Source: Octopus bimaculoides (Eukaryota). From it: a DNA stretch of 64,000 nt. The stretch spans positions 96,557,311-96,621,310 of the forward strand of contig NC_068989.1 of assembly GCF_001194135.2 (NCBI RefSeq), in the 5' to 3' direction. A program made the translations under genes and the position numbers. Positions 41,601 through 55,682 of this stretch are shown here, in pieces; the stretch's first letter is position 1; each line of letters starts with the position of its first letter. The notes under the pieces were generated by a model. It searched no databases. It was not told the origin of the DNA and worked only from the letters and a program-made list of their open reading frames with translations.

Positions 41601-42557
41601 GCCTATGTATACACATGTGTATGTATCAGTTGGGCGATTTAACTTGTGACTAGCTTGTGTTTGTTATCAAAAGACGACATTTCCTGCTCTTTTATTGGGT
41701 CTGTGGTGTGTCTCCAAGTTGAAAGAATGAGTAAAGTGTGTCTGAGAATTCATTTGATGTGTTTTTGTTGTTGTTGGTCAATGTTTGGTGCAAATACTTA
41801 TGTTTGACTTGAAGCTATCTTGGGAAAAACTGAGATCTTTTTAACCTCAAGAAAATGGAATATTTATCTTGCAGAGTGAAAATACTGAAATACTGCAAGT
41901 TTTACCGCTTTTTTCCATTCACCTGGTATTAAGGAAATGATGATGATAATAATAATAACAATAATAATAATAATAATAATAATGATAATAATGAAGATGT
42001 AGAATTCAATTTTAATGGTCCAATTTATGATGAAAGACATTCCAGCATGACCATACAGCTAATCTTTTTAGAATATTTCTGTTTCTAGCACAACTCCATC
42101 CGAGCCACCCATCCTTATATATTTTACCTTCTTGGCATACTTCCACTACCTCCACCCGACACCACTCTTTCCATTGTATTAATTACTCCTACTCCCCAAC
42201 CCGCTAACACCTTCTGCTAACAATAAACTTCCTCCCTTCCTACTTTCACTTCTTCGCCTCTCTTCACCCCCATCTAAAGTCATCACTTTCCATCCTCTTC
42301 TCTCTTTCTGATTTGGTAGTTCTTTGGTCTTGCAACCCAATATTCTATTCATGATATGGTTTGCATTAAGAGAAGCATTTAGTCAGAGAAGCTGTACCAA
42401 AACTGAGACAATGGAACAAGAGCATCCATTGACCTATCGGATTCTGTTGAGTCATTCTACCCATATCAGCCTCAAAAATGGATGTAAAATGAAGATGATG
42501 ACAACAATGATAACAGTGATGACAATGGACCCCTTTGTCACATTGATTCTATATCTA

Positions 42558-43053
42558 TGAGGTGGTATCAAAAAGTTCCCAGACTGGTTCTGTTGAATAA
42601 AAAATAACTTCTTTCCCTAAGTTTTAACCTCCTCACTTTTGAAACGGTCATCTTGTGCTGCAATACACCGGTCGCAGCATTCCTGCCACTTTTGGAATCC
42701 AACCTGGAAGTCACTTTCCGTAAGCAAGTTGAGGACCTTCTGCAATTTGCTCTGGATTTTGACAACGGTGTTAAAATGGTGACCTTTGAACTGCATTTTC
42801 ATCTTGGAGAAGAGATGGAAGTCTGCAGGTGCTAAACCTGGTGACCAGGGTGGGTGGGTGGGTGGTGTGGAAGTGATACCATGTTGTCTTTGGTGAGGAA
42901 CTCACAAGAGCAGAGAGCTCAGTGACAGGGTGCATGTCACTCAGCTCACTGCCTTATGGAGGTTACTACTAGCTCTCACTGTGTATGCAACCATGTGCTG
43001 CCATCTGTTGGTATGCTACAGAACAAGTTCGGGAACTTTTTGATACTACCTCG
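42558..43053 (-). mobile_element. 496-bp non-autonomous mariner deletion derivative with both TIRs and TA TSDs
   Basis: TA-TGAGGTGGTATCAAAAAGTTCCC ... GGGAACTTTTTGATACTACCTCG-TA; retains the transposase C-terminus (MKMQFKGHHFNTVVKIQ..FQKWQECCDRCI) and the 5' subterminal region matching 2061-2150. Confidence 0.9.
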
Positions 43054-43074
43054 TACATAAGTATGTATTGACCT

Positions 43075-43460
43075 TGATGAGAATCTTTTACAGAGGTTGG
43101 ACAGTGATCCATGCACACCAGATGTAAGACCTTCTCATCTCTATGCTTTTGGTTGTTGTCCAAAGGTAGGGGTTAATATAGAATGATCCCAATGTCATCA
43201 TGAATGTTGTCGTCAGAACACAAAGTCCTAGAAAACATATCCCAAGTTATCCATCTTGTTTGCAAGGCTTTCACAAATCCATCATCCTGGATTGGTCTAT
43301 TTTTCTTATTATCTCCAAAATGATGAAAGCAAATGTTGATTTTGGTAGGATTTGATCTCGAAGCACAAAGAACTGGAACAAATACCACAGGCCATGGTTT
43401 CCAATACTCTTTTCTAATTCTGCCAATTTGATGCTTCGGATATGTTTTTGAATATGTTAT
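43075..43460 (-). mobile_element. Possible BEL/Pao LTR-retrotransposon RT remnant
   Basis: HIRSIKLAELEKSIGNHGLWYLFQFFV loosely resembles the BEL 'GY.RK..EL....WYLPH' block; heavily decayed. Confidence 0.35.
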
Positions 43461-44902
43461 TTAATGACTCTTTTCAAGACTGTAGCCTTTGATTCGAGGG
43501 GGATTTGGCTACGCAGATGCTCACTTGTGTTCCACATAGCAACAATGGTTCTACTCATGCCGTAGCTGTTTGTGATATGCTCTCCTGTTTTCTTCGTGTT
43601 ATTGTTACATGTGCAGAAATATTAGTGGGTTTGCATCAGTCACTGATTCTGTTCTTGTTTAGATACAGATTCCATCTTCAGTGATCAGATCTCTGACCAA
43701 AGGCTTTCTAACCATGACCATCCCATCTTATTTCAAGGTGCTGTATACCTAGGACTACATTACCCAAAGTGTCCTTCACTTATTTTTAATTGAGGAGTGT
43801 ATGATTAAAAGAGAAAAATTTACTATCTTCAAGAAAATGAAAGAACTTGTTGGATAATGTCTGGGACATTGCTTAAAAATAATTCAGAATGGTCAAGATT
43901 GAAATTTCTTAATCTGCTTAATCAGGTCTGACCTGGAGTTAAAAATCTCCATCCATTACAATAACAACAACAACATCAACATTATAGATTTTTGGTTCTT
44001 GAAAACTGTTTCATACTAATAAGACTGATTCAGATTCCAAAGTTTGGATCTGAATTAGCACCAGTTACTTGCCAATCTTGCTTTACTTCAAATTCCACTC
44101 CTCTTACTACCACTTTTCTCCCTCTTCCTCGCCCTTTCTCCCCCCCCCCTCTTTCTCTCTCCCCCCTCCCCCTCTCTTTTTCTTTTGCTGAAATTTGGCA
44201 TTAACCCATTTTCATTAATTCATTCTCAACACTTTTCTCTTCAGTATCAATAATGCATTATAAAGTAATTCTTTTAGTTGGAGTCATATTTGATTGGCTT
44301 GGATTAATGAGTGTTGATTGATTTGGTTAGGCTTTGTTTGGTTAGGCATGATGTGGCTTGGTAGTGCTAGGCAAGGCTTGCATTGGCTTGGCTTGCTTTG
44401 GTTTAGTTCAGTCTGGTTTAGTTTGGCCTGGCTTGGCCTTTCGTTTCTCTAGAATACATAAAATATATACCAACCTCACCACCAGATATTACTGAGCTAC
44501 ATTTAGTTTATTACATTTGATGCTTATGCAAAGAAAACTGATTTCGTTCCTAGTCCAAGGGATTGAGCCATTATTTAATGGGAAGATTAGAGTTAATAAA
44601 TAAGAAAATATATTTCTTTCTTTTGAAATAGAATTGATAAGTAATAAAATGTTTGCATCATCTAATAGAGGGTGGTGTTTTCTTGAAAATATTTATTGCA
44701 AGTAAAAATTAAAGCAGTGAAGGCATTTCAGTTGAGAAGCTGTCTGTTGAGTCATTTTAATTTAGCAGTCAAAATGTAATTAAATAGATAAAAGAACACT
44801 GGTATCACACACACACACACACATTCTGCGTGAGTGTGTGTGTGTAATATATACATTACTATGTGTGTGTGCATGCATATGTGTATATATATATATATAT
44901 AT

Positions 44903-44933
<31 letters not shown>

Positions 44934-47900
44934 NNNNNNNNNNNNNNNNNNNNNNNNNNNNNNNNNNNNNNNNNNNNNNNNNNNNNNNNNNNNNNNNNNN
45001 NNNNNNNNNNNNNNNNNNGTATATGTGTGTGTGTAATACTCATGCACTCACACACACATACACATATAAATATATATATATTCCTGTAAAGTTAATAGTA
45101 GTTCTAGTAGTTTCAGTAAGTTATTGGGCCTCAGCTGTCTCCTCCATAACTTATTTCTAGCATCTCATAGTATTTCAGTGCAACTTAAACTATTTATATT
45201 TTTGCATGTTTTCTTTGAGTTGTTTTGTTACTAATCTAATAAAAACCTGTTTGATGCTCCATGTGAGACAGTCCATTGTGGGGATGGTCTTCTTTTGTCA
45301 ACGAGACACTAAAAAAAGGGGGTTGCTGGTGTTTTTTTTTAAATTTTATTTTGAAGGATTAAATTGTATTCTACCTAACTGCACTTTGAAGTTCTGACAA
45401 CAAGATTAATTAAGTTGCAATCAAAGCACCTGACATTAATCCCTTGATAAATCATAGCTAATATGCTTTTATGCAAAACTGTCCAACTATAAATTCAATT
45501 TAATTTGCACAATTATTTATAATTCTATGCTTTGAACAAGAAATTAGTTCTCAGAGATTTCTTCTGCTTTTTCTATTTTTATTTATCTTTTTTCTTTTCT
45601 GTTATAATTTTTTTCACTGAGTAAAACTGAAATAACATAATCATAAAACAGAGTTGAGAAGGAGCAATAAAACTATCGCATAACTTTATTAGCTGAGATA
45701 ATAGTGACAAAATTGGTTGAAGCTTCAAGACATCTTTTAAATAGAAACTCTTGCTTTGTAGGTAATGGACAAGGTCACCACAGGAGAATGCTAAGCTATA
45801 TGCATTGCACTATTTACATTTTTCACATTTTTTTTTAATGTATTTAGTTTTTTCTTTTCTCTTTCACTCACTTCTCAAGATTCATATTCTATCAGATCTG
45901 ACTGTGCTCTTCGTGGACTCACTGATCAATAAATTCAGAACTAGTAATACTATAATTGGATTCTGTTCAATCAATTATGCTGTGCCACACTGAAAAACAA
46001 GGAGAAGAAGAAGAAAAAACTCAAAAAAACTGACATTGTTTTTCATTTTGGTAAAGTAAAAGTATTAACACATAGATTGAAGAATACAGGTGGAGAAATG
46101 TGGGAAGATATTCCGTGGCTAAGAAAATGGCTTCATAACTTTGTAACTCTGAGTATAATTCCACTCTCAGTCATTTTCAGCAATTAACTTTCTCCATAGT
46201 GTTCGGTTGATTAATGCTTTGTAGATAAGAATTTAACAGATTGAATCCCATGGTATATATATATAAATTTCATAAAAGAAGTGTGTATAATTATGAATAA
46301 ATCACAATTATAATGGTTAAGGTTGCAAAAAAACCCTTGCATGTCTAGAAATAGCAGTCAAAACCACCATAAACCCACTATAAGCTCTCATATTCTATCT
46401 CTTCACATGACATAAAATTCAAAACTTAAAAATAAAAGGTTAATTCTCTGTTGCAATTTCAAAGTTAGGATCCTAAAGGCTCCTACTCACTCCAGTCTCA
46501 TTTTGCTTTACAAACGAAACAATTGACTCATGAACAAAAGACGTATACAAATCATCTTTGTATAAAATGTTGATAATGTTACCTTTAGGGAAACTTTTAA
46601 GCATGGGTAAATCTTTCTGGGACACCCTGTGTGTATGTAGTTTGACTTCTAGTCATATATAATACCAGTGAAAGGTTAGTTGAAAGATCATTCAATACAA
46701 TTAAGTAGAATACTCCATTTATTTTCACAAGGGAAAAGTAGACAGTGATAACGAAGCCATCAAGATATCCTTGTGTGTGTTTGTGTGAAACAAAAATTGC
46801 ATTCAGTTATGTACCTTTTTGCTTCTCCAGAAGTAAACTAAGCCTGTTGGTCAATAGTGACCCTTAAACTAAATCCCAGACTGTGCCCTATAAATGCTTG
46901 AGAACCACTAATTCAAGATATCTCTAGTGGATTAATTCTTAATACTTTGAAATTACCACCCTATTTCTTTGAGTGACATTAAACAATTACTGCTTGGTCT
47001 TTCTTTTCTTTCTCAAATGAAGATAAAATTTTAATTAATTAAGGTATGTTTTCTTCTTTTTTATTCTGGCACACTGCATTCTGAACATAACCTCTTTATT
47101 TATTTATCTAAATTTATGTCACTGGCTCGCCCATTTGTGTCACTTTCATTAACTGACTTCTTTAAGTATTTCATATGTGCTGATTAATAAAGTGTTTCAG
47201 TTAATTAATTAATTAAAAACCCATGTACAGCAAAATGCTGAGTAAGATGAAAGAAAAACAAAATCAGGTGAACTACTAAACTAATTCCAAGGAAAAGTGG
47301 AGCTGTTGAATCGAGAATGGTCGTAGTTCTACTTCAACATCCATTTCTTATTTTATTCTCGCAATTCTGCTGAGTTCTTTCAAATACATTAAATTATGTG
47401 GACAGTTCAACTAATGAAAATATCTTTTTTTCTTTTTGCATTTCTTTTTTGCATTGAATGAACAATTTAAGAGATTATTATTTTCATTTCTAATTATAAA
47501 GATCTTGTGTAGATCAAAGATGCTAAAAATCTACAGTCCATCGAAGTTTTTGGTTTTTTTTTCTTCTTCTTCTGAATCTAACATTTTAATCTCACATCAT
47601 TTTATAAAATTGTTATTGGACAATTGTAGTTATTCTGTACTGTACTTACTTATGGCTCGTTAGCTCTCCATTTTATCTCATTAAATCATATCAAATTGAA
47701 TAAAATGAGAATCTAATGATTTTTGTCTCAATATTTCTCTTTTAATTTTGCAAATTTAAAAAAAAANNNNNNNNNNNNNNNNNNNNNNNNNNNNNNNNNN
47801 NNNNNNNNNNNNNNNNNNNNNNNNNNNNNNNNNNNNNNNNNNNNNNNNNNNNNNNNNNNNNNNNNNTGTTGGTTTGACATTAACGAAGAACTACCCAAGA

Positions 47901-48094
47901 ACTTCCTGTCATCTTGAACTATGTTAATGGTACACATGTCTGTGGAGTGCTCAGCCACTTGCATTTTAATTTCATGAGCAGGCTGTCCCGTTGATTGGAC
48001 TAACTGGGACCTTTGTCATTGTAACTTAAGGAGTGCCAATTTTTTTTTCTTTTAATGAGTGTGTGCATGCATTCACATGTATGTTATGTGTGTA

Positions 48095-49251
48095 TTGGGT
48101 CATCCCACAAATAACACAATCCTTTTATACCTTTTTTTCATTTTTCACAATTAAGATAAACAAAGTTCTTTTTTAATCTAAAATATACTGCTATTTTTCC
48201 CCATCCAAATGATTTTGAAGACTGCAGAATAAATGATAATCAGATGGAGCAATGTCTGGTGAATATGGTGGGTGGGGCATCGTTTCCTGTTCAAACTGTT
48301 CCAGCCTTTGGAATGTCATCCTTGTTGCATGTGGCTGAGCATTATCATGATGGAAGAGCACCTTTCATCTTGAAACAAAAGATGGTTATTTGCCTTCTAG
48401 AGCTGATTTAAGCCATTCAAGCCGCTCACAGTAGATCCTTTGCTATCATTTGGTTTGGGTTTAAAAGTTCAAAGTCAACTAAACCTTTCTTATCCCACCA
48501 AACAGATAACAACACCTTACACGGGTGAAGACCTTCTTTAGCTTGGAGTGCCAGTGTTTCTCCTTTCCCTACCCACTGTCTTCAGTGCTTGACATTTTCA
48601 TAGAGAACCCATTTCTTGTCACCAGTCACTATTTGGTCCCCAAAAAGGTTCATTTGTGAAGCATGGCAGCAAAGAAGAGCCCACATTCACTGTCTACAAG
48701 CAATTAGACTCGGAAAGTTTGTGAGGAACCCACTGACCCAATTTGCTGACTTTTCTGATGGCACGTAGGTGTTGATGAATGGTTGAATGACCAAATCCAA
48801 GCTTCTCTGCTGGTTCCTTAACAGTTACAATGGGATTTCATTCCAGTAGGAATTGCAGGACATCTTCATTGAGCTCTACAGATCTTCCAGGATGAGGCTT
48901 GTCTTCTAGGCTGTAGTTTCCGGCTCAGAATTCCTGGAATCACCATTGACACTGGCTTACACTTATTGTCCGATCCCCATATACTGCATTAATATTCCTT
49001 GAACTTTCCATTACATTGTTGCCATTTCTTGAATTCATAAAGCAAAATATGCTCCTTTGTCACTTCCATTATAGCTTTGAAAAAATAATTGTTAAAATTG
49101 AATTGCACTCTTCAAAACTTGCACCAAGAATAAGTAGAAGGTAAAGTTACTACCTGCTTTTATAGCAAGTTGATGCAGATAGTTTATCCCATCCTTCTCC
49201 AACTTTTACTTCATGCAATTAAAAGACCCCATTATTTGTGGGATGACACAA
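48095..49251 (-). mobile_element. Near full-length decayed mariner (second family)
   Basis: TA-TTGGGTCATCCCACAAATAA ... TTATTTGTGGGATGACACAA-TA; minus strand encodes PHPPYSPDIAPSDYHLF. Confidence 0.88.
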
Positions 49252-49329
49252 TATATATCTGTGTACAAATATCAGAATTGTATAGTGGGGTATATATATA
49301 TCATATTGAAGGTATCCATTAGTTGTATG

Positions 49330-49822
49330 AGATTATGGAACTGCAACTGGCAAATCTCATTTTGGTCTTGGCAGAGCTGTGACTACTATGACTATAAAGA
49401 CTTACATGAGAGTGACAGTTTTGGCTGCAGTGACTGCACTCAAATGTGCTGTCTGCTATCTTGTGTTGGTACTGTTTTACCATCAATTTGTTTCTCTTCA
49501 TCAACAAACCTCAGCTTCTTCCCTCATCATTTCGAAACCTTTGTCTAGTTCCAGTTTCTTGTGGAAGTGATTATCAGCAATGTCCTCCAACTTTTCAATG
49601 TTCATGTATAAAGATTTCATGTCTTTAAGCAGACATCTTGAAGTTGGGGATATCATTCTGTTTTCGTATCAGATCACCTCACTGAAAGGCAGGTCATTTG
49701 GGATCCTCCCTTCTCACATGTGGCATATATGGCTCAGCCCACAACGGTGGTGTTGTTGCAATAGAATGAGGAGGCAGAGTATCTGTGTACTAGCCAAGAC
49801 CTCATTGTTGGTGACTTGATCA
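49330..49822 (-). mobile_element. RTE/BovB-like LINE 3' fragment
   Basis: Degenerate VTNNEVL..GRIPNDL..C-terminal C..C..CHS. Confidence 0.7.
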
Positions 49823-51033
49823 GTTCACTTGAAGTTTGTTTGACATCCAGATAGATTATTCTTTTACTGTTTTACTTGTGACAGTCATTTGACTGCGCCC
49901 ATGCTGGAGCACCACCTTGTAGGGTTTTAGTCAAAGAAATCAACTCCAGGACTTTTTTAAAAAAAAGCCTAGTACTTATTCTATTGGTCTCTTTTGCCAA
50001 ACTAAGTTACAGGGATGTCAACACACCAACGTTGGTTATCAGGTGGTGACAGACACAGATACAACATAGATATATATATATATATATGATGGGCTTCTTT
50101 CAGTTTTCGTCTACCAAATCCACTCACAAGGCTTTGGTCAACCTGAGACTATAATAGAAGACACTTGCCCAAGGTGCCACACAGTGGGAGTGAACCCGGA
50201 ACCATATGGTTGGGAGTAAGCTTCTCACCGCACAGCCATGCCTGCATCTAAAAAAATAGGGTTGTCTGTACACATGGGACTTGGAACCACACCTCTATGT
50301 TTTCACAACAAGTGTGCTATCATTACACCCACGTACTCCTAGATAGACATTAGTGAAAATTGTATTGAACATGGAATGTCTCTTGTTAGCCATGGAGACT
50401 AGAATTAGCACAGTTCTGGCATGTTTCCAAAAACCACTCCTCTGGCTGTGCCACTCACAGTTCATATCACTGAGTCATAAATCATTATCATCATTGTTTA
50501 GTGTCCATTTTCCATGCTGGCATAGATTAGATGGTTTGACAAGAGCCAGCTACACTCCAATCGTCTGTTGTGACAGGGTTTCTATGGCTGTTGTAAACAA
50601 AAGAGCTCAGAATGTACAGGATAACAACATACAAGTGAGACAGTAAAACATGGACAAATGCATGTAATACAGTTCAATGAAAATTCATATATATATATCT
50701 TTTATTTTTTACTTGTTTNNNNNNNNNNNNNNNNNNNNNNNNNNNNNNNNNNNNNNNNNNNNNNNNNNNNNNNNNNNNNNNNNNNNNNNNNNNNNNNNNN
50801 NNNNNNNNNNNNNNNNNNNNNNNNNNNNNNNNNNNNNNNNNNNNNNNNNNNNNNNNNNNNNNNNNNNNNNNNNNNNNNNNNNNNNNNNNNNNNNNNNNNN
50901 NNNNNNNNNNNNNNNNNNNNNNNNNNNNNNNNNNNNNNNNNNNNNNNNNNNNNNNNNNNNNNNNNNNNNNNNNNNNNNNNNNNNNNNNNNNNNNNNNNNN
51001 NNNNNNNNNNNNNNNNNNNNNNNNNNNNNNNNN

Positions 51034-51333
51034 GATCAACGGAACAGCCTGCTCGTGAAATTAATGTGCAAGTGGCTGAGCACTCCACAGACACGAGTAC
51101 CCTTAACGTATTTCTTGGGGATATTCAGCGTGACACAGTGTGACAAGGCTGACCCTTTGAATTACAGACACAACAGAAACAGGAAGTAAAAGTGAGAAAG
51201 TTGTGGTGAAAGAATACAGCAGGGTTCGCCACCATCCCCTGCCGGAGCCACTCACAACGCCGGGTCTGGGAATCGAAACCGCGATCCTATGACCGCGAGT
51301 CCGCTGCCCTAACCACTGGGCCATTGCGCCTCC
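51034..51333 (-). mobile_element. tRNA-headed SINE family C; its 3' part recurs at 47867-48040(+)
   Basis: A box TGGCCCAGTGG and B box GGTTTCGATTCCC; CpG-rich; body GTCTGTGGAGTGCTCAGCCACTTGCA shared with 47940. Confidence 0.85.
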
Positions 51334-51335
51334 AC

Positions 51336-51620
51336 TCAGCATAAAGTAATGTTTTTGTAAAGTCATTATTGATGCACAATGAAAAGAATTCTGTCAATGT
51401 TGTTCTCATATGTTGCTTATTGACAGCCATATATCAATATATCCTCATAATTTCTGAGCAATATCCTTTGTTCATCTGTTAGATGAACTTGCAGTCTCAC
51501 TATTTCAGATGCTCTTTCATGAACTGAAAATCCTAAAATGGGTGCAACTGCTTACCCTAACCCATTAGATATTGACTAATTTCGTTATCATAGCAGCTTG
51601 GTCATTTCCCGTCAGGGTGT
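51336..51620 (-). mobile_element. Helitron Rep/helicase fragment
   Basis: Minus strand GFSVHERASEIVRLQVHLTDEQRI..RTTLTEFFSLCINNDFTKTLLYAE resembles the conserved Helitron Rep C-terminal block (F.IHER...L.VHL...QR..TTLT.FF.LC..D.FA.TLLY). Confidence 0.75.
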
Positions 51621-52734
51621 AGATGATGACGTAACTGACTTCACTAAGGCAACGATTTCAACATTGCACTGGCGTTTAAATGTTCTTCAAAGAGTCTTAT
51701 TATAAGGTACAACCCAAGGTGCCATGCAGTGGAACAACCCAGAACCATGTGGTTGAGAAGCAAGCTTCTTACCACACAGCCACCCCTATATCTTTTATTC
51801 GACTCAAAAGTTAAAAAAAGTGACTCGAGAATTTCAAGCATTGCAATGGTCAAACTAACAGTGCATGTTCAGACAGGCAAAATATACTGGGACATTCTTA
51901 TGAGATTCAACTTCTCTCATTGCAATTGATCTTCGTCTATAAAGAGATAGTCTTTCTGTCTGTTTTTCTGCTTTTGAATAAGATGATAAAGATTTAATAT
52001 TCTATTTCAAATATAATAGTAATTTTCCCCTTTAAGACAAAAAAAAAAAAAAAAAGTATCAAGTATCCGTGATTCCAAAATATCTCATAAAAATATGTAT
52101 AGGGAGAATTTCTATCTTTCAAGTCTACGTCACTCGCAAAGAAAAAAGAAAGAAAAAAGGACGGACGGCGGTAATTGACAGGATTCTTTGAAGTGTCGAC
52201 ATTTTCAACTTGATTTTTTTTTCTTAAATGGGAAAAAGACTTTTTATTTGTAATCTTTATCATCTTAATCAAATGGCAGGAAAACAAACTTTGAGTTTTA
52301 GTATAATAAAGATAGATAGAGGTTTGAGCCAACAGAACAGTCTGTCCCTCATGCTTCCGCCTTAAACCTAGTATATGCTTGTTGGGAGAGAGGGCTTTCA
52401 GACTTCTGTGATTGATAGATAAAAGAGATTTGTCACTTTGAAGAGTAAAGATGAACTCAATGAGTTTTGAACTCAGAATCGGAACAAATATCACAGCACA
52501 CTCTATTCACTACATTACTGATGTTGCCAATAAAATTGTATACATATATACACGCACACATTGCGTATGCATGTGTGCGTGTGATATTATTATATATATT
52601 ATTTGGCTATAAAGTTATATAAAACATCAAATATCTCAGCATATTTTGCCTGTCTGAACTGTTAGTTTGACCATTGCAATGCTTGAAATTCTCGAGTCAC
52701 TTTTTTAAAACTTTTGAGTAGAATAAAAAATATA

Positions 52735-52892
52735 GAAGTGGCTGTGTGGTAAGAAACTTGCTTCTAAACCACATGGTTCCGGGTTCAGTCCCACTGCATG
52801 GCACCTTGGGCAAGTGTCTTCTACTATAGCTTAGGGCCGACCAAATCCTTGTGAGTGGACTTGGTAGACGGAAACTGAAAGAAGCTCGTTGT

Positions 52893-52932
<40 letters not shown>

Positions 52933-53145
52933 ACATATTTATATGTTTGTCCCCCGCCCACTATCGCTTGACAACCGATGTTGCTATGTTTACATCCCCA
53001 TAACTTAACTGTTCGACAAAATTGACCGATAGAATAAGTTCTAGGCTTACAAAGAATAAGTTCTAGAGTAGATTGCTTTGACTAAAAACTCTTTTAGGCG
53101 GTGCTCCAGCATGGCCGTAGTCAAAATGACTTCTGCAAGTAAAAG
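52735..53145 (+). mobile_element. SINE family B (about 400 bp, internal TA/TG microsatellite); other copies near 12727-13203(-), 15000-15290(-), 30330-30690(-), 37500-37790(-), 49860-50245(-), 57110-57260(+), 61100-61310(+)
   Basis: tRNA-like head GGCTGTGTGGTAAG..GGGTTCAGTCCCA; shared GCCTTGTGAGTGGATTTGGTAGA and GGTGCTCCAGCATGGCC. Confidence 0.88.
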
Positions 53146-54263
53146 NNNNNNNNNNNNNNNNNNNNNNNNNNNNNNNNNNNNNNNNNNNNNNNNNNNNNNN
53201 NNNNNNNNNNNNNNNNNNNNNNNNNNNNNNNNNNNNNNNNNNNNNNNNNNNNNNNNNNNNNNNNNNNNNNNNNNNNNNNNNNNNNNNNNNNNNNNNNNNN
53301 NNNNNNNNNNNNNNNNNNNNNNNNNNNNNNNNNNNNNNNNNNNNNNNNNNNNNNNNNNNNNNNNNNNNNNNNNNNNNNNNNNNNNNNNNNNNNNNNNNNN
53401 NNNNNNNNNNNNNNNNNNNNNNNNNNNNNNNNNNNNNNNNNNNNNNNNNNNNNNNNNNNNNNNNNNNNNNNNNNNNNNNNNNNNNNNNNNNNATATATAT
53501 ATATATATATATATACATAAAAAAATTGAATCAAGAATATAAAAACCTCTTAAAGGGATGTCAGCATCCAAGTTCCCCGGTTTTATCCAGTGTATCAGTG
53601 TGTGTGTGTGTACATTCAGAAATCTATACACGAATGTGTTTAATTCACCATGAATGCTTTATATATTTAGGAAATTCTAAGTTTTTGTTAGACGTTTTCG
53701 CAAAATGTACGTGGTGCGTATAAATGTAAAATATACAAGCAGATGCAAAAGTAGAAAGTTGAAATAATAGATTAAACGAAGTTAAAGAAATGAACCAAGT
53801 AGGTAGAAGATGTAGATGTCTTTTTGAAAGAGGCAACTAAAAGGCGATGTTGATATTCAATGACATATTACTTATATCGGAATAGTAAGTCGCACTCACG
53901 GTAGTATCAAACAATGTAGCGATTGAATAGATTTACTCCAAAGACAAACCAACGGTTTAAAAGAAACAAAAATATGAAAAGTATCATAAACAAAAATGAA
54001 CAACCTTGGAGATATAGTGATGTTGCTGCTGCAGTTGAAGTAGAGAGATAAATGATGATATATAAACTGAGAGGTCGGTGGGAATGGTGAGTTACGAGAA
54101 TTCTGAAGTCAAACAGAAGTGAAAAGTTGGCACAGCTTCGGTGTTTTCATTTATTTATTTAAGGAATAGTTTTCCCCTCATTTTCCATATACGCAACTGT
54201 ATAATTCTTAGGTTAACTGAATTTTTTAAAAAGTAATTGTGATAAAAAATTTCAGGCACAGGA

Positions 54264-54320
54264 TTAGGGGTTAGGGTTAGAGTTGGGGTTAGCGTTAGGT
54301 TTAGGGTTTTAGGGTTAGGG
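54264..54320 (+). repeat. Degenerate (TTAGGG)n tract
   Basis: About 9 imperfect units, e.g. TTAGGGG TTAGGG TTAGAG TTGGGG TTAGCG TTAGGT TTAGGG. Confidence 0.8.
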
Positions 54321-54982
54321 CTAAGTAATTGTGCGGGTGTTAATCTGAAAAATTACCGTGGCAAAAATAAAATATTGAACATGTGAAAATTGAAACTATC
54401 AAAACGTAAATAAAATATCATTTAAAAAAAATTATAGTAAATATATTTAGCAATCAAACAATAACTAAGCACTCCTTAAAGAGGAACACTAACATTTTAG
54501 TATAAGAATTTAAACTTATTCCAATCTAAAAAAAAAAAAAAATGCATGGAGTTAGAAAAAGCAGAAAAGAGTTGCCCTATTAGAAAATGTGTGTATATAT
54601 TTTCTACATACATGCGGCTGGTTATTTTCATCATGCGAGTAACACAAAGCTATATAGTAAACAATGGACGAGTGTATAATCAGCGTCAGCAAAATCCATG
54701 CAAATATAGCGACGAAGTGACGTCTTCCAATTTGTAGCTGGAATCGTTGTGTTGTTGATGGAGAGAGTGATGGTGATGATGATGATGATAACATAGAAGA
54801 TGAAATATTGATAGATTCTATGACGGTATTAAACGATAATTTTAAACGAAGAGTTCCGATGTCATGTTTTTAAAGCCTTAAGAACTTTTCCTGATCAAGC
54901 GATATTAACTTGACAGGAAAAGAAAGAAAGAAACAGAACACACCTTGCTTCCTTATTTTGTAAACAAAGTGAAAGTACTCAC

Positions 54983-55682
<700 letters not shown>

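Noticed and set aside
45870-45935. Strong acceptor followed by DSYSIRSDCALRGLTDQ* as a terminal exon
   Set aside because: Only a splice signal; no linked upstream exon or homology could be supported.
51270-51333. tRNA-like sequence as a tRNA gene
   Set aside because: It continues into a repeated SINE body with no convincing acceptor stem or terminator; called as a SINE head.
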